In this document: positions 15,124 to 25,530 of the stretch, piece by piece
Layout: each line of letters opens with the position of its first letter
Position numbering within the stretch: the first letter of the stretch is position 1
DNA from: Gammaproteobacteria bacterium
GTDB taxonomy: Bacteria > Pseudomonadota > Gammaproteobacteria > GCA-001735895
Length of the DNA stretch: 36,986 nt
Assembly: GCA_003231795.1 (NCBI GenBank)
Contig: QIJI01000050.1
Coordinates: forward strand, 1-36,986
Direction of reading: 5' to 3'
Position numbers and translations under genes: made by a program
Notes under the pieces: model-generated
Databases searched by the model: none
The model's input: the letters and a program-made list of their open reading frames with translations, nothing else
What the model was told of the DNA's origin: nothing

Positions 15124-17826
15124 TTAGTGGGCTTCGTTCCAGTTGTCTCCGACACCGGCGTCTACTTCGAGTCCCACCGACAGCTCGGCCGCGCCGGTCA
15201 TCAGCCCGGCTATCGCCAACTGGCACTCTTCAACTTCATCCTCCACGACTTCGAACACAAGCTCATCGTGCACCTGCATGATCATCTTGCAATCGGGCTG
15301 GCGCTGCAGCAACCAGCTCTGCACGGTAATCATCGCGCGTTTAATGATGTCAGCAGCGGTGCCCTGCATCGGGGCATTGATGGCCGTACGTTCAGCGTAC
15401 TGTCGAACGTTGGCGTTTTTGGCGTTGATATCAGGCAGGTAGAGGCGTCGCCCGAATACGGTTTCGACATATCCTTGCTCGCGAGCGGTTTGCCTGGTGT
15501 CCTCCATATAGCGCTTAACGCCCGGGTAGCGTTCGAAATAGGTATCGACATATTGTTGCGCCTCATTACGGCCGATACCCAGTTGCTTACCGAGACCAAA
15601 TGCCGACATGCCGTAAATCAGGCCAAAGTTAATCGCCTTGGCGGCCCGGCGCTGTTCGCTACTGACTTGCTCCAGATCAGCCGCAAACACTTCTGCCGCA
15701 GTAGAACGATGCACATCAAGCCCCTGCTCGAAAGCACGCAGCAGACTCTGGTCCCCCGACAGGTGAGCCATGATACGCAGCTCAATCTGCGAATAATCCA
15801 GCGCCAGGATTTTGCAACCCGGGGGCGCGACAAAGGCCTCGCGAATTCGGCGACCCTCGGCGGTGCGCACCGGAATATTTTGCAGGTTCGGACTGGTTGA
15901 GGACAGGCGCCCGGTGGAAGCCACTGCCTGCTGGTACGAAGTATGGACACGTCCGGTTTTTGCGTTGATCTCCTGTGGCAGCTTTTCGATGTAAGTAGAC
16001 ATCAATTTACTCAGGCTTCGATGTTGCAATAGCAATGCCGGAATTTCATAATCCGCAGCCAACTCTTCGAGCACGTCCTCGGCGGTCGACGGCTGCCCTT
16101 TTGGGGTTTTTCGTAGTATCGGCAAATTAAGCTTGTCGAACAAAATTGCCTGAATTTGCTTAGGCGAACTAAGGTTAAAAACTTCACCGGCCTGCTGGTA
16201 AATCGCTGTTTCTATTTCACCCAACTTCGAATCGATTTCCTTGCCCTGTTTCTTCAACAGGTCTCGATCGATCAGCACGCCGTTTTGTTCGACATCGAGC
16301 AAAACATCAATCAGCGGTATTTCAATATCGGCATAAACTGAATTCAATCTGGCATCTTTAAGTAACTCCGGATTCAGAATTTGATGGAGTTGTAATGTGA
16401 TATCGGCATCCTCAGCCGCGTAGTCGCTCGCCAGCGCCAGCTCGATCTGATCGAAAGTTTTCTGTTTGGCGCCCTTGCCTGCTATATCTTCAAAATGGAT
16501 AGTATCGTAGCCAAGATAAAACCGGGCCAATGCATCCATGTTATGTCGGCTCGCGGTGGAGTTGGCGACATAGGACTCCAGCATGGTGTCATGCGCGATG
16601 CCTCGCAGGCGAATACCTTCACCTATAAAAATATGCGCGTCATATTTGATATTCTGGCCAATCTTGCCAATTTGCGGATCTTCAAGAATTGGTTTCAGCG
16701 CTTCAAGGATTTTGTTTTTGTCGAGCTGTTGCGGTGCGTCCGGATAACGGTGGGCGAGCGGGATATAACAGGCCTTGCCCGGCTCAAGGCAGAGCGAAAT
16801 ACCCACCAGCTCGGCCTGCATGTAATCGACACTTGTTGTCTCCGTGTCGATAGCAAAGAGGTCGACCTGTTTGATAGCCTGCAACCATTGATCAAACGCT
16901 GCCTGAGTTAATACACACTCGTAGTCAGCGTCTGCGGCTTTGCCCGCGGACTCGCTGCTGTTGCCGGTTTCACCGAGCTCATCAAACCAGCGGGTAAAAC
17001 CATACTCCTGGTAAAAAGCTGCTAGCGCGCCAGTATCACCTGGTCGCTGTTCAAGATCATCAATTTCGACGCCGGTTTCACAATCGAGCCTGATTGTCGC
17101 AAGCTCGTATGACATCGGAAGAAAGCCGAGCGACTCGCGCAAATACTCACCCACCTTGCCTTTAATTTCGTCGGCACTAGCGACCACGCCCTCGAGACTG
17201 CCATAGGCATCAATCCACTTGGCCGCTGTCTTCGGCCCTACTTTTGGCACACCGGGAATATTATCCGAACTGTCACCCATTAACGCGAGGTAGTCAATAA
17301 TCTGGTCCGGACGCACCTGGAATTTTTCCATTACCCCGGCCTCGTCCATGTACTGGTTGTTCATGGTATTGATCAGGCGCACATTGTCGTTAACCAGTTG
17401 CGCCATATCCTTGTCGCCGGTCGAAATCAAAACCCGGTAACCCTGCTCCGTAGCCTGCCGGCTCATGGTGCCGATGACATCATCTGCTTCGACGCCTTCA
17501 ATGCTGATCAAGGGCAATCCCTGGGCAATAATAATCTGGTGCAATGGTTCAATTTGCACGCGCAGGTCATCCGGCATAGGCGGGCGATTGGCCTTGTACT
17601 CGGGATAGATATCGTTACGAAAGGTTTTACCCTTGGCATCGAAGATGACACCCAACTTGTCGGGTTGCTCGTCTCTGATCAGCTTACGCAACATATTGAG
17701 GACGCCGTAAATGGCTCCCGTAGGCTGTCGATTTGGCCCGGTAAGCGGAGGCATGCCGTGATAGGCACGGAACAGGTAGGAGCTACCGTCTATCAGTACC
17801 AGTTTTTTTTGATTATCTTGACTCAT
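15124..17826 (-). CDS. polA: DNA polymerase I
   Basis: 900 aa. It has a 5'-nuclease N-terminus (LVLIDGSSYLFRAYH), a 3'-5' exonuclease (FAIDTETTSVD) and a polymerase domain (LALDYSQIELRIMAHLS, RRAAKAINFGLIYGMS, QVHDELVFEV). Confidence 0.98.
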   Translation of the reverse strand: MSQDNQKKLVLIDGSSYLFRAYHGMPPLTGPNRQPTGAIYGVLNMLRKLIRDEQPDKLGVIFDAKGKTFRNDIYPEYKANRPPMPDDLRVQIEPLHQIIIAQGLPLISIEGVEADDVIGTMSRQATEQGYRVLISTGDKDMAQLVNDNVRLINTMNNQYMDEAGVMEKFQVRPDQIIDYLALMGDSSDNIPGVPKVGPKTAAKWIDAYGSLEGVVASADEIKGKVGEYLRESLGFLPMSYELATIRLDCETGVEIDDLEQRPGDTGALAAFYQEYGFTRWFDELGETGNSSESAGKAADADYECVLTQAAFDQWLQAIKQVDLFAIDTETTSVDYMQAELVGISLCLEPGKACYIPLAHRYPDAPQQLDKNKILEALKPILEDPQIGKIGQNIKYDAHIFIGEGIRLRGIAHDTMLESYVANSTASRHNMDALARFYLGYDTIHFEDIAGKGAKQKTFDQIELALASDYAAEDADITLQLHQILNPELLKDARLNSVYADIEIPLIDVLLDVEQNGVLIDRDLLKKQGKEIDSKLGEIETAIYQQAGEVFNLSSPKQIQAILFDKLNLPILRKTPKGQPSTAEDVLEELAADYEIPALLLQHRSLSKLMSTYIEKLPQEINAKTGRVHTSYQQAVASTGRLSSTSPNLQNIPVRTAEGRRIREAFVAPPGCKILALDYSQIELRIMAHLSGDQSLLRAFEQGLDVHRSTAAEVFAADLEQVSSEQRRAAKAINFGLIYGMSAFGLGKQLGIGRNEAQQYVDTYFERYPGVKRYMEDTRQTAREQGYVETVFGRRLYLPDINAKNANVRQYAERTAINAPMQGTAADIIKRAMITVQSWLLQRQPDCKMIMQVHDELVFEVVEDEVEECQLAIAGLMTGAAELSVGLEVDAGVGDNWNEAH

Positions 17827-17915
17827 CGAGTTTTGCTAAAATGCCAATCCTTTATTTGTGATCATACCATGGCTACGAAGCCGACTACTCTCGTTGCGCG
17901 CACCCAGATTAAAAA

Positions 17916-18869
17916 ATGTCTGTTTTTACTACCGTAGAACCTGATCAGCTAGATCAATTTTTAACCCACTACACGCTGGGTAGCTGTTCCCGTTTCAAGC
18001 CGATTTCCGCGGGTGTAACCAATACCAATTATTATCTCGATACCGACACCGGAAATTTTGTTCTGACGCTTTATGAACGCCATAGCGACGACGAACTGGA
18101 TTATATTCTGGGACTGCAACAACATCTTGTAAATCGTGGCGTGCGCTGCTCGTCCCCGGTAACCGATCGGCGCGGCGAGTTTTATTCAACGCTGAATCAT
18201 CGACCCGCAGCGATTATTCAGCGACTCGAAGGCGAGCCGCCTACTCGGATTGACATCGATCATTGCGCGCTGATTGGTGGCGAACTGGCACGCTTTCACA
18301 TTGCCGGACAGGACTATCTGGGAAAGCGACCCAATCCCCGGAGTTACGACTGGCTGATTGCAGTTCGGGATATGCTCGAGCGCGAACTCGACCATGACGA
18401 TCAGCAACTGATCTCCCTGGTGCTGCAGGACTACCAGCGTCTGGCAACTATCGATCTACCACAGGGCCCGATACACGCTGATTTGTTTCATGACAATTCG
18501 ATGTTTGTCGAAGGGAACTTAAGTGGCATTCTTGATTTTGACTATGCCTGCAACGACAGCTATGTTTTTGACCTTGCGGTGTTGCTCAACGACTGGTGTG
18601 CCGGTCCCGACGGTGCGTTTGTCATGCCGCGGGTTGAGTCACTGTTGAGCGCCTATCAGCAACAACGCCCGTTGATACCGCCTGAAACGAAAGCCTTGCC
18701 CACTTTGTTGCGCATCACCGCATTGCGATTCTGGTTATCGCGTCTTTATGACAAGTCTTTTCCTTTGTCAGGAGAGCTGACTTTCACCAAGGATCCAGGG
18801 ATATTTCGCAAGCTGCTTTTCTTGCGCCTGACCCCTAATCCCGCGCTGGCAGCTATTCTAGCCACATAG
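17916..18869 (+). CDS. thrB: Homoserine kinase, type II (APH-fold, Pseudomonas-type ThrB)
   Basis: 317 aa. MSVFTTVEPDQLDQFLTHY...ISAGVTNTNYYL..., the IHADLFHDN catalytic loop and ILDFDYAC are colinear with P. aeruginosa ThrB (recalled). It is adjacent to and divergent from polA, as at PA5493/PA5495. Confidence 0.85.
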   Translation: MSVFTTVEPDQLDQFLTHYTLGSCSRFKPISAGVTNTNYYLDTDTGNFVLTLYERHSDDELDYILGLQQHLVNRGVRCSSPVTDRRGEFYSTLNHRPAAIIQRLEGEPPTRIDIDHCALIGGELARFHIAGQDYLGKRPNPRSYDWLIAVRDMLERELDHDDQQLISLVLQDYQRLATIDLPQGPIHADLFHDNSMFVEGNLSGILDFDYACNDSYVFDLAVLLNDWCAGPDGAFVMPRVESLLSAYQQQRPLIPPETKALPTLLRITALRFWLSRLYDKSFPLSGELTFTKDPGIFRKLLFLRLTPNPALAAILAT

Positions 18870-19857
18870 CGTAGGGTGCAAACCGGGTCCAGGCGAACTG
18901 GTGATGATCCGCTAGCCCGCACAACGCAGACGGAGTTTTTTTGAAACCGTATCTGTCTCCCGGTTGACGTAACTGCACTCCGTTTTGATTGGCCAACATA
19001 CGCACCGTCGAAGCAGATATATCGCCTTCGACAGGCCCCTTGATTACAATCGCCTTTTCGCGCGATTTGTAATTCAAAATTGCGCCGATAGGTGCCAGTC
19101 CGTTAATTTTCAAGAATAATCCGCCGTAAACCGGATCCAGTTCCTGTTGGGTAAACATCCGTGCAAATTCACGACTCGGGTTGTCGATGGCCTGCTGCCT
19201 GACTGCGCGGTTTTGCGGCAACGCAATACCGGCGTAAATAAATGGCGTGCGCATCATCAGGGCATCTTGGGACGGATTTTCACTGGCGACGTTGTGGTTG
19301 CGCACAACATCCTGAATAACCATCTGATCGAGCCCCGCCGCTTTTAGCAAATCACCGCTTTGCTGCGGATAGTGCTCCCGAAGCTGGCGCTTTTGATCAA
19401 AGGAAAACTCTTCCTGCGACTCGTATATCTGTTTTTCATAGGCCAGTAGCCCGAGATTAAAGCCGAGGGCCGCCATTGCCATTTGCTCGCGTTTTTCGTC
19501 ATCAAATGCCGACGTAGCGTTATATCCATCAAAACGGCCCATCAGTTCGACTAATGAGGCCGCAATATAAAGCGGTTTGGTGAAGTTGTAACTTGATTGC
19601 TCAGATAAAAACAACTCACCCAGCACCTGGTCGATATGCGTTTCGCACAGCGCCATCAAAGATTGCGCAATCTGTTGCAGTTCCGCGCCCTGCTCAGGTC
19701 CGGGCTCACTAATCAATTTTGCCTGCAGCAGGTGGAACGAGGCGCTCAATTCGCTTAACCGCTCATGCGCAGACTCACTGCTAGCCAGCGTTGCATCAAC
19801 CTTCGCCTCTAGCTGTTCACTATGTTCCGGTTCCTGGTCCGCCGTATCCAAAGCCAT
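18853..19857 (-). CDS. Hypothetical protein, 334 aa; possibly a degenerate HD-GYP-like domain protein
   Basis: Long ORF whose 3' end overlaps the thrB 3' end by 17 nt (convergent). The C-terminal segment ...GLAPIGAILNYKSREKAIVIKG... resembles the hydrophobic tail common in HD-GYP proteins, but I see no HD or GYP catalytic motifs. The family call is weak. Confidence 0.6.
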   Translation of the reverse strand: MALDTADQEPEHSEQLEAKVDATLASSESAHERLSELSASFHLLQAKLISEPGPEQGAELQQIAQSLMALCETHIDQVLGELFLSEQSSYNFTKPLYIAASLVELMGRFDGYNATSAFDDEKREQMAMAALGFNLGLLAYEKQIYESQEEFSFDQKRQLREHYPQQSGDLLKAAGLDQMVIQDVVRNHNVASENPSQDALMMRTPFIYAGIALPQNRAVRQQAIDNPSREFARMFTQQELDPVYGGLFLKINGLAPIGAILNYKSREKAIVIKGPVEGDISASTVRMLANQNGVQLRQPGDRYGFKKTPSALCGLADHHQFAWTRFAPYAMWLE

Positions 19858-19936
19858 ATAAAATCCGAAAAGAGTTCCACTGTAAAACCACGGGCGGCTT
19901 GCCCTATTCCGGTTTATCGGCCGATTTCCAGAAAAT

Positions 19937-21262
19937 TTACTTGCCCACGCAAAATTTTGAAAATATCTGGCCCAGCAAATCTTCGCTGGTGAATTCCCCG
20001 GTTATTTCATTGAGGTGGTGCTGAGCCTGGCGTAAATCTTCCGCTATCAGTTCACCCGAGTGGGTTTGATTAAATGATTCGATCGCCTGCCGCAGGCAAT
20101 CACGCGCTTTTTGTAATGCATCGACATGGCGCCGTCGAGCCATGAAGACCTGGCTGGACTGGTTATAGTCGGCAGTTTGACCGGTAATTCGGGTTACCAG
20201 TGCCTCCATCCCTTCCCCGCTTATAGTGGAAATGTACAAGGCCTGTGGATCGCGCTTTTGGCTCAACAAGTCGACTTTGCTATATACCTGAATCAGGTGA
20301 TCGCTATCCAGACGATTAATGATACTTTGATCAGCTTCACTCAACCCTTTGCGACAATCGATCAGGAAAATAACCACGTCTGCCTTGCCAATTTCATCCC
20401 AGGCCCGTCGAACACCCTCCTGCTCTACCGGATTATCTGATTCGCGCAGGCCGGCGGTGTCGTTTACCCGAATGGGTATTCCCTGGAGCGAGATATGTTC
20501 ACGCAATATATCGCGTGTGGTCCCTTCAAATTCGGTTACGATTGCCGCCTCGTAGCCGGCCAGGTAATTCAACAAACTGGATTTTCCGGCATTGGGCAGA
20601 CCCGCCAGCGAAATACTAAGACCTTCCTGCAAGGCTCTCCCCTGCTCAGCCTGATCAAGCAATTGCTGCAACTGTCGCAGGCTTACGTCGAGGCGCGTAC
20701 CGATATCGGAGCTTTCGAGAAAGTCTATTTCCTCTTCGGCGAAATCGAGTGCCGCCTCGATGTAAGCGCGCAGCGCAATAATTTCAGCGACCAGGCTTCC
20801 AATCTGCTGCGAAAAAACCCCCTCCAGCGAGCGCATTGCCGCCCGGCTGGCGGCCCGACTACCTGATTCGATTAAATCCGCAATCGCCTCGGCCTGAGTT
20901 AAATCAACTTTTCCATTGAGGAATGCGCGTTCCGAAAACTCTCCTGGACGCGCCACGCGAGCACCCAGTTCGCATACCCGCTCGAGCAACATGTCGAGTA
21001 CAACCGGACCGCCATGGGCCTGAAGTTCGATACAGTCTTCGCCGGTAAAACTATTCGGGGATTTGAAAAAAAGACACAGACCATGATCGATCATGACTCC
21101 GTCACAATCGTTGAACTGGTTGAATTGAATACGGCCCGGGACGGGTTCGTGGGTAGTAATGTCTGCACCGATGGAACAAGCACCTGGCCCGGATATGCGT
21201 ACAATTCCAATGCCGCCTACTCCTGCTGGCGTGGCAATTGCTGCTATGGTGTCGTGAAGCAT
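19937..21262 (-). CDS. mnmE: tRNA modification GTPase MnmE (TrmE)
   Basis: 441 aa. The N-terminus is DTIAAIATPAGVGGIGIVRISGP, the G domain is GLPNAGKSSLLN / NDTAGLR / SKVDL, and the C-terminal tetrapeptide is FCVGK. Confidence 0.96.
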   Translation of the reverse strand: MLHDTIAAIATPAGVGGIGIVRISGPGACSIGADITTHEPVPGRIQFNQFNDCDGVMIDHGLCLFFKSPNSFTGEDCIELQAHGGPVVLDMLLERVCELGARVARPGEFSERAFLNGKVDLTQAEAIADLIESGSRAASRAAMRSLEGVFSQQIGSLVAEIIALRAYIEAALDFAEEEIDFLESSDIGTRLDVSLRQLQQLLDQAEQGRALQEGLSISLAGLPNAGKSSLLNYLAGYEAAIVTEFEGTTRDILREHISLQGIPIRVNDTAGLRESDNPVEQEGVRRAWDEIGKADVVIFLIDCRKGLSEADQSIINRLDSDHLIQVYSKVDLLSQKRDPQALYISTISGEGMEALVTRITGQTADYNQSSQVFMARRRHVDALQKARDCLRQAIESFNQTHSGELIAEDLRQAQHHLNEITGEFTSEDLLGQIFSKFCVGK

Positions 21263-21291
21263 GCAGGATTAATACCTGGCCCAGAGATATA

Positions 21292-22965
21292 CTATTTGCT
21301 CGCCCCGGCCTCAATACGCCGGGTGATAATATACTGCTGTGTAATCGACAAGACGTTATTGATAACCCAGTAAAGCACCAAGCCTGCCGGGAAAAAGGCA
21401 AAGAATATAGTGAAGACAAAGGGCAGTGCCATCATGACTTTTGCCTGGATTGGATCAGGCGGCGGCGGATTCAGTCTTTGCTGAATAATCATGCTCACGC
21501 CCATTATAAGCGGCAATACATAAAACGGATCCTGGACGGATAAGTCCTTGATCCAGAAAATAAATGGCGCCTGACGTAGATCGACACTTTCGAGCAGAGC
21601 CCAGTAAAGCGCAATAAATACCGGAATCTGTACCAGGATCGGCAAACAGCCCCCCATCGGGTTTATTTTTTCGGTCTTATACAGCTCCATCATCGCCTTG
21701 TTCATCTTTTGGCGATCGTCCCCATAGCGCTCTTTCAGGGTTTTCAGGCGCGGGCTAACCTTGCGCATTTTAGCCATCGAGCGATAACTCGTCTCTGACA
21801 GCTTGTAAAACACAGCCTTGATGGTGAAAGTCAGCAGAATAATCGCAAATCCCCAGTTGCCAACGTAACCATGGTAAAAGTTGAGTAACCAGTACAGCGG
21901 TTTTGAGAGGAAGGTCAATACCCCGTAATCAACCGTTAAACCCAGTCCCGGCGCAATTTCTTCCAGCCGGCTGACAAGCTTCGGACCGACAAAGAACTGA
22001 CTTTTGAATTCGCCGCTACTGCCCGCTTTAATCTGTTTGTTGGCAGAGCGCATACCAATGGTATAGGTCGCCGGGTTACGTTTTGTATTTGATATCGAAT
22101 AAACCAGATTATTGGTATCCTGTTGCGGCACCCAGGCCGACAGAAAATAATGCTGAATCATTGCTATCCAACCGCCCGTTGACTCCAGTTTCAGCTGACT
22201 GTCTTCCATATCGTCGAAGTCGACTTTTTCGTACTTGCTTTCTTCGTTGTAATAAACCGAGCCGGTATAGGTATACAGTAGACGTGATTCATCCAGCGGT
22301 CGGGTACGCTGTATTTGTCGATACTCGCTACCTTGCCAGTCCTGTTGCGACTGGTTTTTTATCAGGTGTTCGAGGTCGGCGAGATAATCGCCACGTCGGA
22401 AACGATATAGCTTGACGACTTCGAGACCATCCTTGCTCCAGTAAAGTGGCACCAGCAATTCTTCATCGCCATCTTCAAGCCGATACTCGGTCTTGTCGGC
22501 CCGATAGATGCTGTAATGGGTAGGTGCTCGTTCTTCTTTGTTACGCAGCCCGCTTTGTAAAATATGGGCGGAGTCTTCGTCGCTATGAATCAGTTCGAGC
22601 CAGTCGTCGGGCCGATCCAGCGAAGTAGGGTACTTCTTCAGCCGTATCGAGCGAATGACACCGCCTCGGGTATCGATCAAGGCCTGTATCACGTCGGTAT
22701 CGACACGAATCAATGGTTGTAATTGTTGCACTGTCTCGGTTGTCTGGGTCGAGCCGCCAGTGCCGATTGACGTTGTGCTGCCACTGACATCATCTGCCAG
22801 GTCCGGCAAATCATCAATCAAGATGATTTCTCCAGTGGCGCTGTCAATTTGAGTAATCTGAGCCTCAGTACCAGATTCCGGAGCGTAATCGATCCGCCAT
22901 TGCTGCCACATCAACATACTGACAAAAACCAGACCGGCGTATAGAAAAAGACGGGTATTATCCAT
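21292..22965 (-). CDS. yidC: Membrane protein insertase YidC
   Basis: The start is set at ATG 22965 ([23 protein letters not shown]; E. coli has [23 protein letters not shown]). The conserved C-terminal core is [56 protein letters not shown]. It overlaps the yidD stop by 8 nt. Confidence 0.94.
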   Translation of the reverse strand: MDNTRLFLYAGLVFVSMLMWQQWRIDYAPESGTEAQITQIDSATGEIILIDDLPDLADDVSGSTTSIGTGGSTQTTETVQQLQPLIRVDTDVIQALIDTRGGVIRSIRLKKYPTSLDRPDDWLELIHSDEDSAHILQSGLRNKEERAPTHYSIYRADKTEYRLEDGDEELLVPLYWSKDGLEVVKLYRFRRGDYLADLEHLIKNQSQQDWQGSEYRQIQRTRPLDESRLLYTYTGSVYYNEESKYEKVDFDDMEDSQLKLESTGGWIAMIQHYFLSAWVPQQDTNNLVYSISNTKRNPATYTIGMRSANKQIKAGSSGEFKSQFFVGPKLVSRLEEIAPGLGLTVDYGVLTFLSKPLYWLLNFYHGYVGNWGFAIILLTFTIKAVFYKLSETSYRSMAKMRKVSPRLKTLKERYGDDRQKMNKAMMELYKTEKINPMGGCLPILVQIPVFIALYWALLESVDLRQAPFIFWIKDLSVQDPFYVLPLIMGVSMIIQQRLNPPPPDPIQAKVMMALPFVFTIFFAFFPAGLVLYWVINNVLSITQQYIITRRIEAGASK

Positions 22966-23194
22966 GACGATGATCTGATGCTTGTCCTGGAACCGGGTCA
23001 TAACCACCGGCATGCCACGGATGACAACTGCCGATGCGTTTCAGCCCAAGCCAGGTTCCACGCAGGACACCATGAACTTCAATAGCTTCCACCGTGAATT
23101 GGGAGCAGCTTGGTGTATAACGACAATGCGTACCGAAAAAGGGACTCAACAGGTAACGATAGCCGTGAATCAGGGTGATCAGGAGTTTTCGCAT
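22958..23194 (-). CDS. yidD: Membrane protein insertion efficiency factor YidD
   Basis: 78 aa with the conserved [31 protein letters not shown]...[20 protein letters not shown]. Confidence 0.92.
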   Translation of the reverse strand: MRKLLITLIHGYRYLLSPFFGTHCRYTPSCSQFTVEAIEVHGVLRGTWLGLKRIGSCHPWHAGGYDPVPGQASDHRHG

Positions 23195-23547
23195 GACTTG
23201 ATAATGCTATTCCAGTATTGATCCATTGTTGCTCTTATCTGCGCCGGTTCGTTCAAAAGAATTTCACGTCTTACCATAATTACCAGGTCTCTTGCCGGTA
23301 ATCGGTGTTGTTGCCTGCGAAAACTCTCACGGAACAATCGTTTCAGCGCATTTCGCTTTACCGCCTTCTGAATTTGTTTGCGCGCTATCGCAAACCCGAG
23401 GCGAGGGCGACTGCCCGTGTTTTTACCAACCAGTATCGTAATACTGGCATCGCCGCGCCGAAAATTATTCTTAAAAACCTGCTGAAAATCGATCGCGCTG
23501 GTTAATTTCTGGCATCTTTGAAATGTCTCGCCGGTCCGATCATTCAC
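23179..23547 (-). CDS. rnpA: RNase P protein component RnpA
   Basis: It carries the RNR-type motif [18 protein letters not shown]. The track's ATG at 23637 lies inside rpmH and there is no internal ATG. GTG at 23547, one nt after the rpmH TAG, gives a 122-aa protein whose N-terminus aligns with E. coli RnpA. The start is inferred. Confidence 0.85.
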   Translation of the reverse strand: MNDRTGETFQRCQKLTSAIDFQQVFKNNFRRGDASITILVGKNTGSRPRLGFAIARKQIQKAVKRNALKRLFRESFRRQQHRLPARDLVIMVRREILLNEPAQIRATMDQYWNSIIKSCENS

Positions 23548-23548
23548 A

Positions 23549-23683
23549 CTAAGGCGTGAGACGCGCTCTGCCTTTAGCCCGACGCGCCTTGATAACACCA
23601 CGTCCGCCACGAGTTTGCATACGAGCTCGAAAGCCATGCGTTCTAGCTCGCTTAAGGTTACTCGGTTGAAAAGTACGTTTCAT
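23549..23683 (-). CDS. rpmH: 50S ribosomal protein L34
   Basis: Not in the ORF track because it is under 60 aa. The minus strand from ATG 23683 reads [44 protein letters not shown], the canonical L34 sequence. Confidence 0.97.
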   Translation of the reverse strand: MKRTFQPSNLKRARTHGFRARMQTRGGRGVIKARRAKGRARLTP

Positions 23684-23730
23684 AATTGACGCCTCGGTTC
23701 ACTCACAAGTCGGTTTTGACAAGGCGCGAC

Positions 23731-23759
23731 AATGTACTTGCACATCCGCGCCACGTCAA
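23731..23759 (-). promoter_or_regulatory. Candidate sigma70 promoter for rpmH-rnpA-yidD-yidC
   Basis: The minus strand reads TTGACG (23759-23754), then 17 nt, then TACATT (23736-23731), about 45 nt upstream of the rpmH ATG. Confidence 0.35.
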
Positions 23760-23872
23760 TATTTAATTGAATGAAAGCATATAATTGGACGATAAAATGC
23801 GGTCTCCAGCGATAGCGGCGGGAATTGCGTGCAAAACAGACTTCTTTTTTGAATTCGGCCCTATGCTAGGGC

Positions 23873-23881
23873 TGTGGATAA
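23873..23881 (-). promoter_or_regulatory. Perfect DnaA box (TTATCCACA) abutting a TATAAT hexamer upstream of dnaA
   Basis: The plus strand reads tgtggataa at 23873-23881, followed by g and then TATAAT (23883-23888). This is the only perfect DnaA box I found in the rpmH-dnaA spacer. Confidence 0.6.
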
Positions 23882-24031
23882 GTATAATATTACGTCTCGG
23901 TCGTGCTTCGGGAATTCGAGTTATACGGCCGCTAAAACTGAATTTTAAATGATTCCCACACAGCAGATAGCGCTATATGGGTCGGCATTCTGTGCAAATT
24001 CACACAATTTAAGGAGGCTAAAACGAGCGGA

Positions 24032-25351
24032 ATGACTTTGAATTCGATCTGGCAACAGTGTATTTCGTGCCTCGAAGGCGAAATCAGCGAACAACAGCTG
24101 AATACCTGGATTCTGCCATTACAGGTTGAACAGGAGTTGAACACGCTGAAACTTTTGGCACCAAATCGCTTTGTTATGGATTGGGTACGCAAGCATTTTC
24201 TCGAACGAATTCGCGAACTGGTGACCAGCCTGGATGACAGCAAGTCAATTTCAGTAAGCCTGATGATTGGATCACAAAACAAACCCCTGATAACAGAGGA
24301 CGCCAACAGTCCGCCTCCACGCGCGTACCGCTCTTCGGGTTTGAATGACTCGCAGAAATTTCGCAATTTTGTAGAAGGCAAATCAAATCAGTTGGCTCGA
24401 GCCGCCTCTATCCAGATCAGCAGCAACCCCGGTTCAGAATACAATCCACTTTATATTTACGGCGGTGTCGGTCTTGGCAAAACCCATCTAATGCACGCAA
24501 TCGGTAACCAGATCCGGGAGAACAACCCAGATGCAAATATTCTTTACGTTAATTGCGAACGCTTTGTATCCGATATGGTAAAGGCGTTACAACACAGCCG
24601 AATGAATGATTTCAAGAACTCCTATCGTAGCCTGGATGCATTATTAATCGATGACATCCAGTTTCTGGCGGACAAAAACCGCTCGCAGGAAGAGTTTTTT
24701 CACACCTTTAACTCACTATATGAATCGCATGCGCAAATGGTTATTACCTGTGACCGATTCCCCAAAGAAATTGAAGGCCTTGAGGATCGAATCCGGTCAC
24801 GCCTGGGCTGGGGTCTGGCGGTCGATATCAAACCCGCAGATCTGGAAACCCGCGTCGCCATTTTAAAAAGTAAAGCGGAGCAAAGTAACGCAGAGGTCCC
24901 GGATGACGTAGCTTTTTTTATTGCTGAACGATTCAAATCTAATATTCGCGAACTTGAGGGCGCATTGAAACGAGTCGTTGCACATGCGCGCTTCGCGGGT
25001 GCGCCAATTACCCAGGATTTTGCTCGCCTCGCGCTAAAGGAATTACTCGCCGTCCAGGACAAACCGATTACCATAGATAATATTCAAAAGCTGGTCGCTG
25101 AATACTTCAAAATAAGGGTAGCCGATTTGCTCTCCAGTCGACGCAATCGGTCAATTACCCGGCCCCGCCAAATCGCAATGGCGTTGGCTAAATTACTGAC
25201 GCGGCATAGCCTGCCAGAAATCGGTAGCGCATTCGGTGGACGCGATCACACCACGGTGTTACATGCCTGCCGCAAAATTGCGTCACTACGAAGTGAAGAC
25301 CGACGAATTGACGAAGACTTTGAAATACTCACCCGAATGTTAAGTAATTGA
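24032..25351 (+). CDS. dnaA: Chromosomal replication initiator DnaA
   Basis: 439 aa. The N-terminus is [25 protein letters not shown]. The AAA+ Walker A is [19 protein letters not shown], Walker B is LLIDDIQFL, and the C-terminal DNA-binding helix is [20 protein letters not shown]. Confidence 0.98.
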   Translation: MTLNSIWQQCISCLEGEISEQQLNTWILPLQVEQELNTLKLLAPNRFVMDWVRKHFLERIRELVTSLDDSKSISVSLMIGSQNKPLITEDANSPPPRAYRSSGLNDSQKFRNFVEGKSNQLARAASIQISSNPGSEYNPLYIYGGVGLGKTHLMHAIGNQIRENNPDANILYVNCERFVSDMVKALQHSRMNDFKNSYRSLDALLIDDIQFLADKNRSQEEFFHTFNSLYESHAQMVITCDRFPKEIEGLEDRIRSRLGWGLAVDIKPADLETRVAILKSKAEQSNAEVPDDVAFFIAERFKSNIRELEGALKRVVAHARFAGAPITQDFARLALKELLAVQDKPITIDNIQKLVAEYFKIRVADLLSSRRNRSITRPRQIAMALAKLLTRHSLPEIGSAFGGRDHTTVLHACRKIASLRSEDRRIDEDFEILTRMLSN

Positions 25352-25389
25352 GGCTGGGCAGAGGGTAGGGTATATAGTTGTTAAAAGCC

Positions 25390-25530
25390 TGTGTATAAGG
25401 GTGGGATGAAAATAATGATCGTTTTTATCCCACGGTTATTCACACGTTAGTAATAGAATACGGACAGTTTATTTGTTCCAAATACGAAGGTAATACTTTG
25501 ATAAATAACGGTAATTTTGAGTTATCCACT
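25390..25530. promoter_or_regulatory. Cluster of four near-consensus DnaA boxes in the 221-bp AT-rich dnaA-dnaN spacer (oriC or dnaN-control candidate)
   Basis: The boxes are TTATACACA (reverse complement, 25390-25398), TTATCCCAC (25425-25433), TTATTCACA (25436-25444) and TTATCCACT (25522-25530). TAG-TAA-TAG follows at 25448-25456. Sequence from 25445 to 25572 is visibly AT-rich. Confidence 0.5.

Noticed and set aside
15115-15900. 261-aa plus-strand ORF, along with others such as 17398..17937, 16495..16911 and 15143..15442
   Set aside because: All lie antisense inside polA, whose minus-strand product has unmistakable Pol I motifs. Their translations are low-complexity and Arg/Leu/Gly-rich, typical of shadow ORFs.
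16803-16810. E. coli-type Chi octamers. GCTGGTGG occurs on the minus strand in polA and on the plus strand at 26073-26080 in dnaN, each co-oriented with the presumed replication direction.
   Set aside because: Two hits in about 37 kb over both strands is roughly the chance expectation. The Chi sequence of this organism is unknown, so nothing can be concluded from this window.
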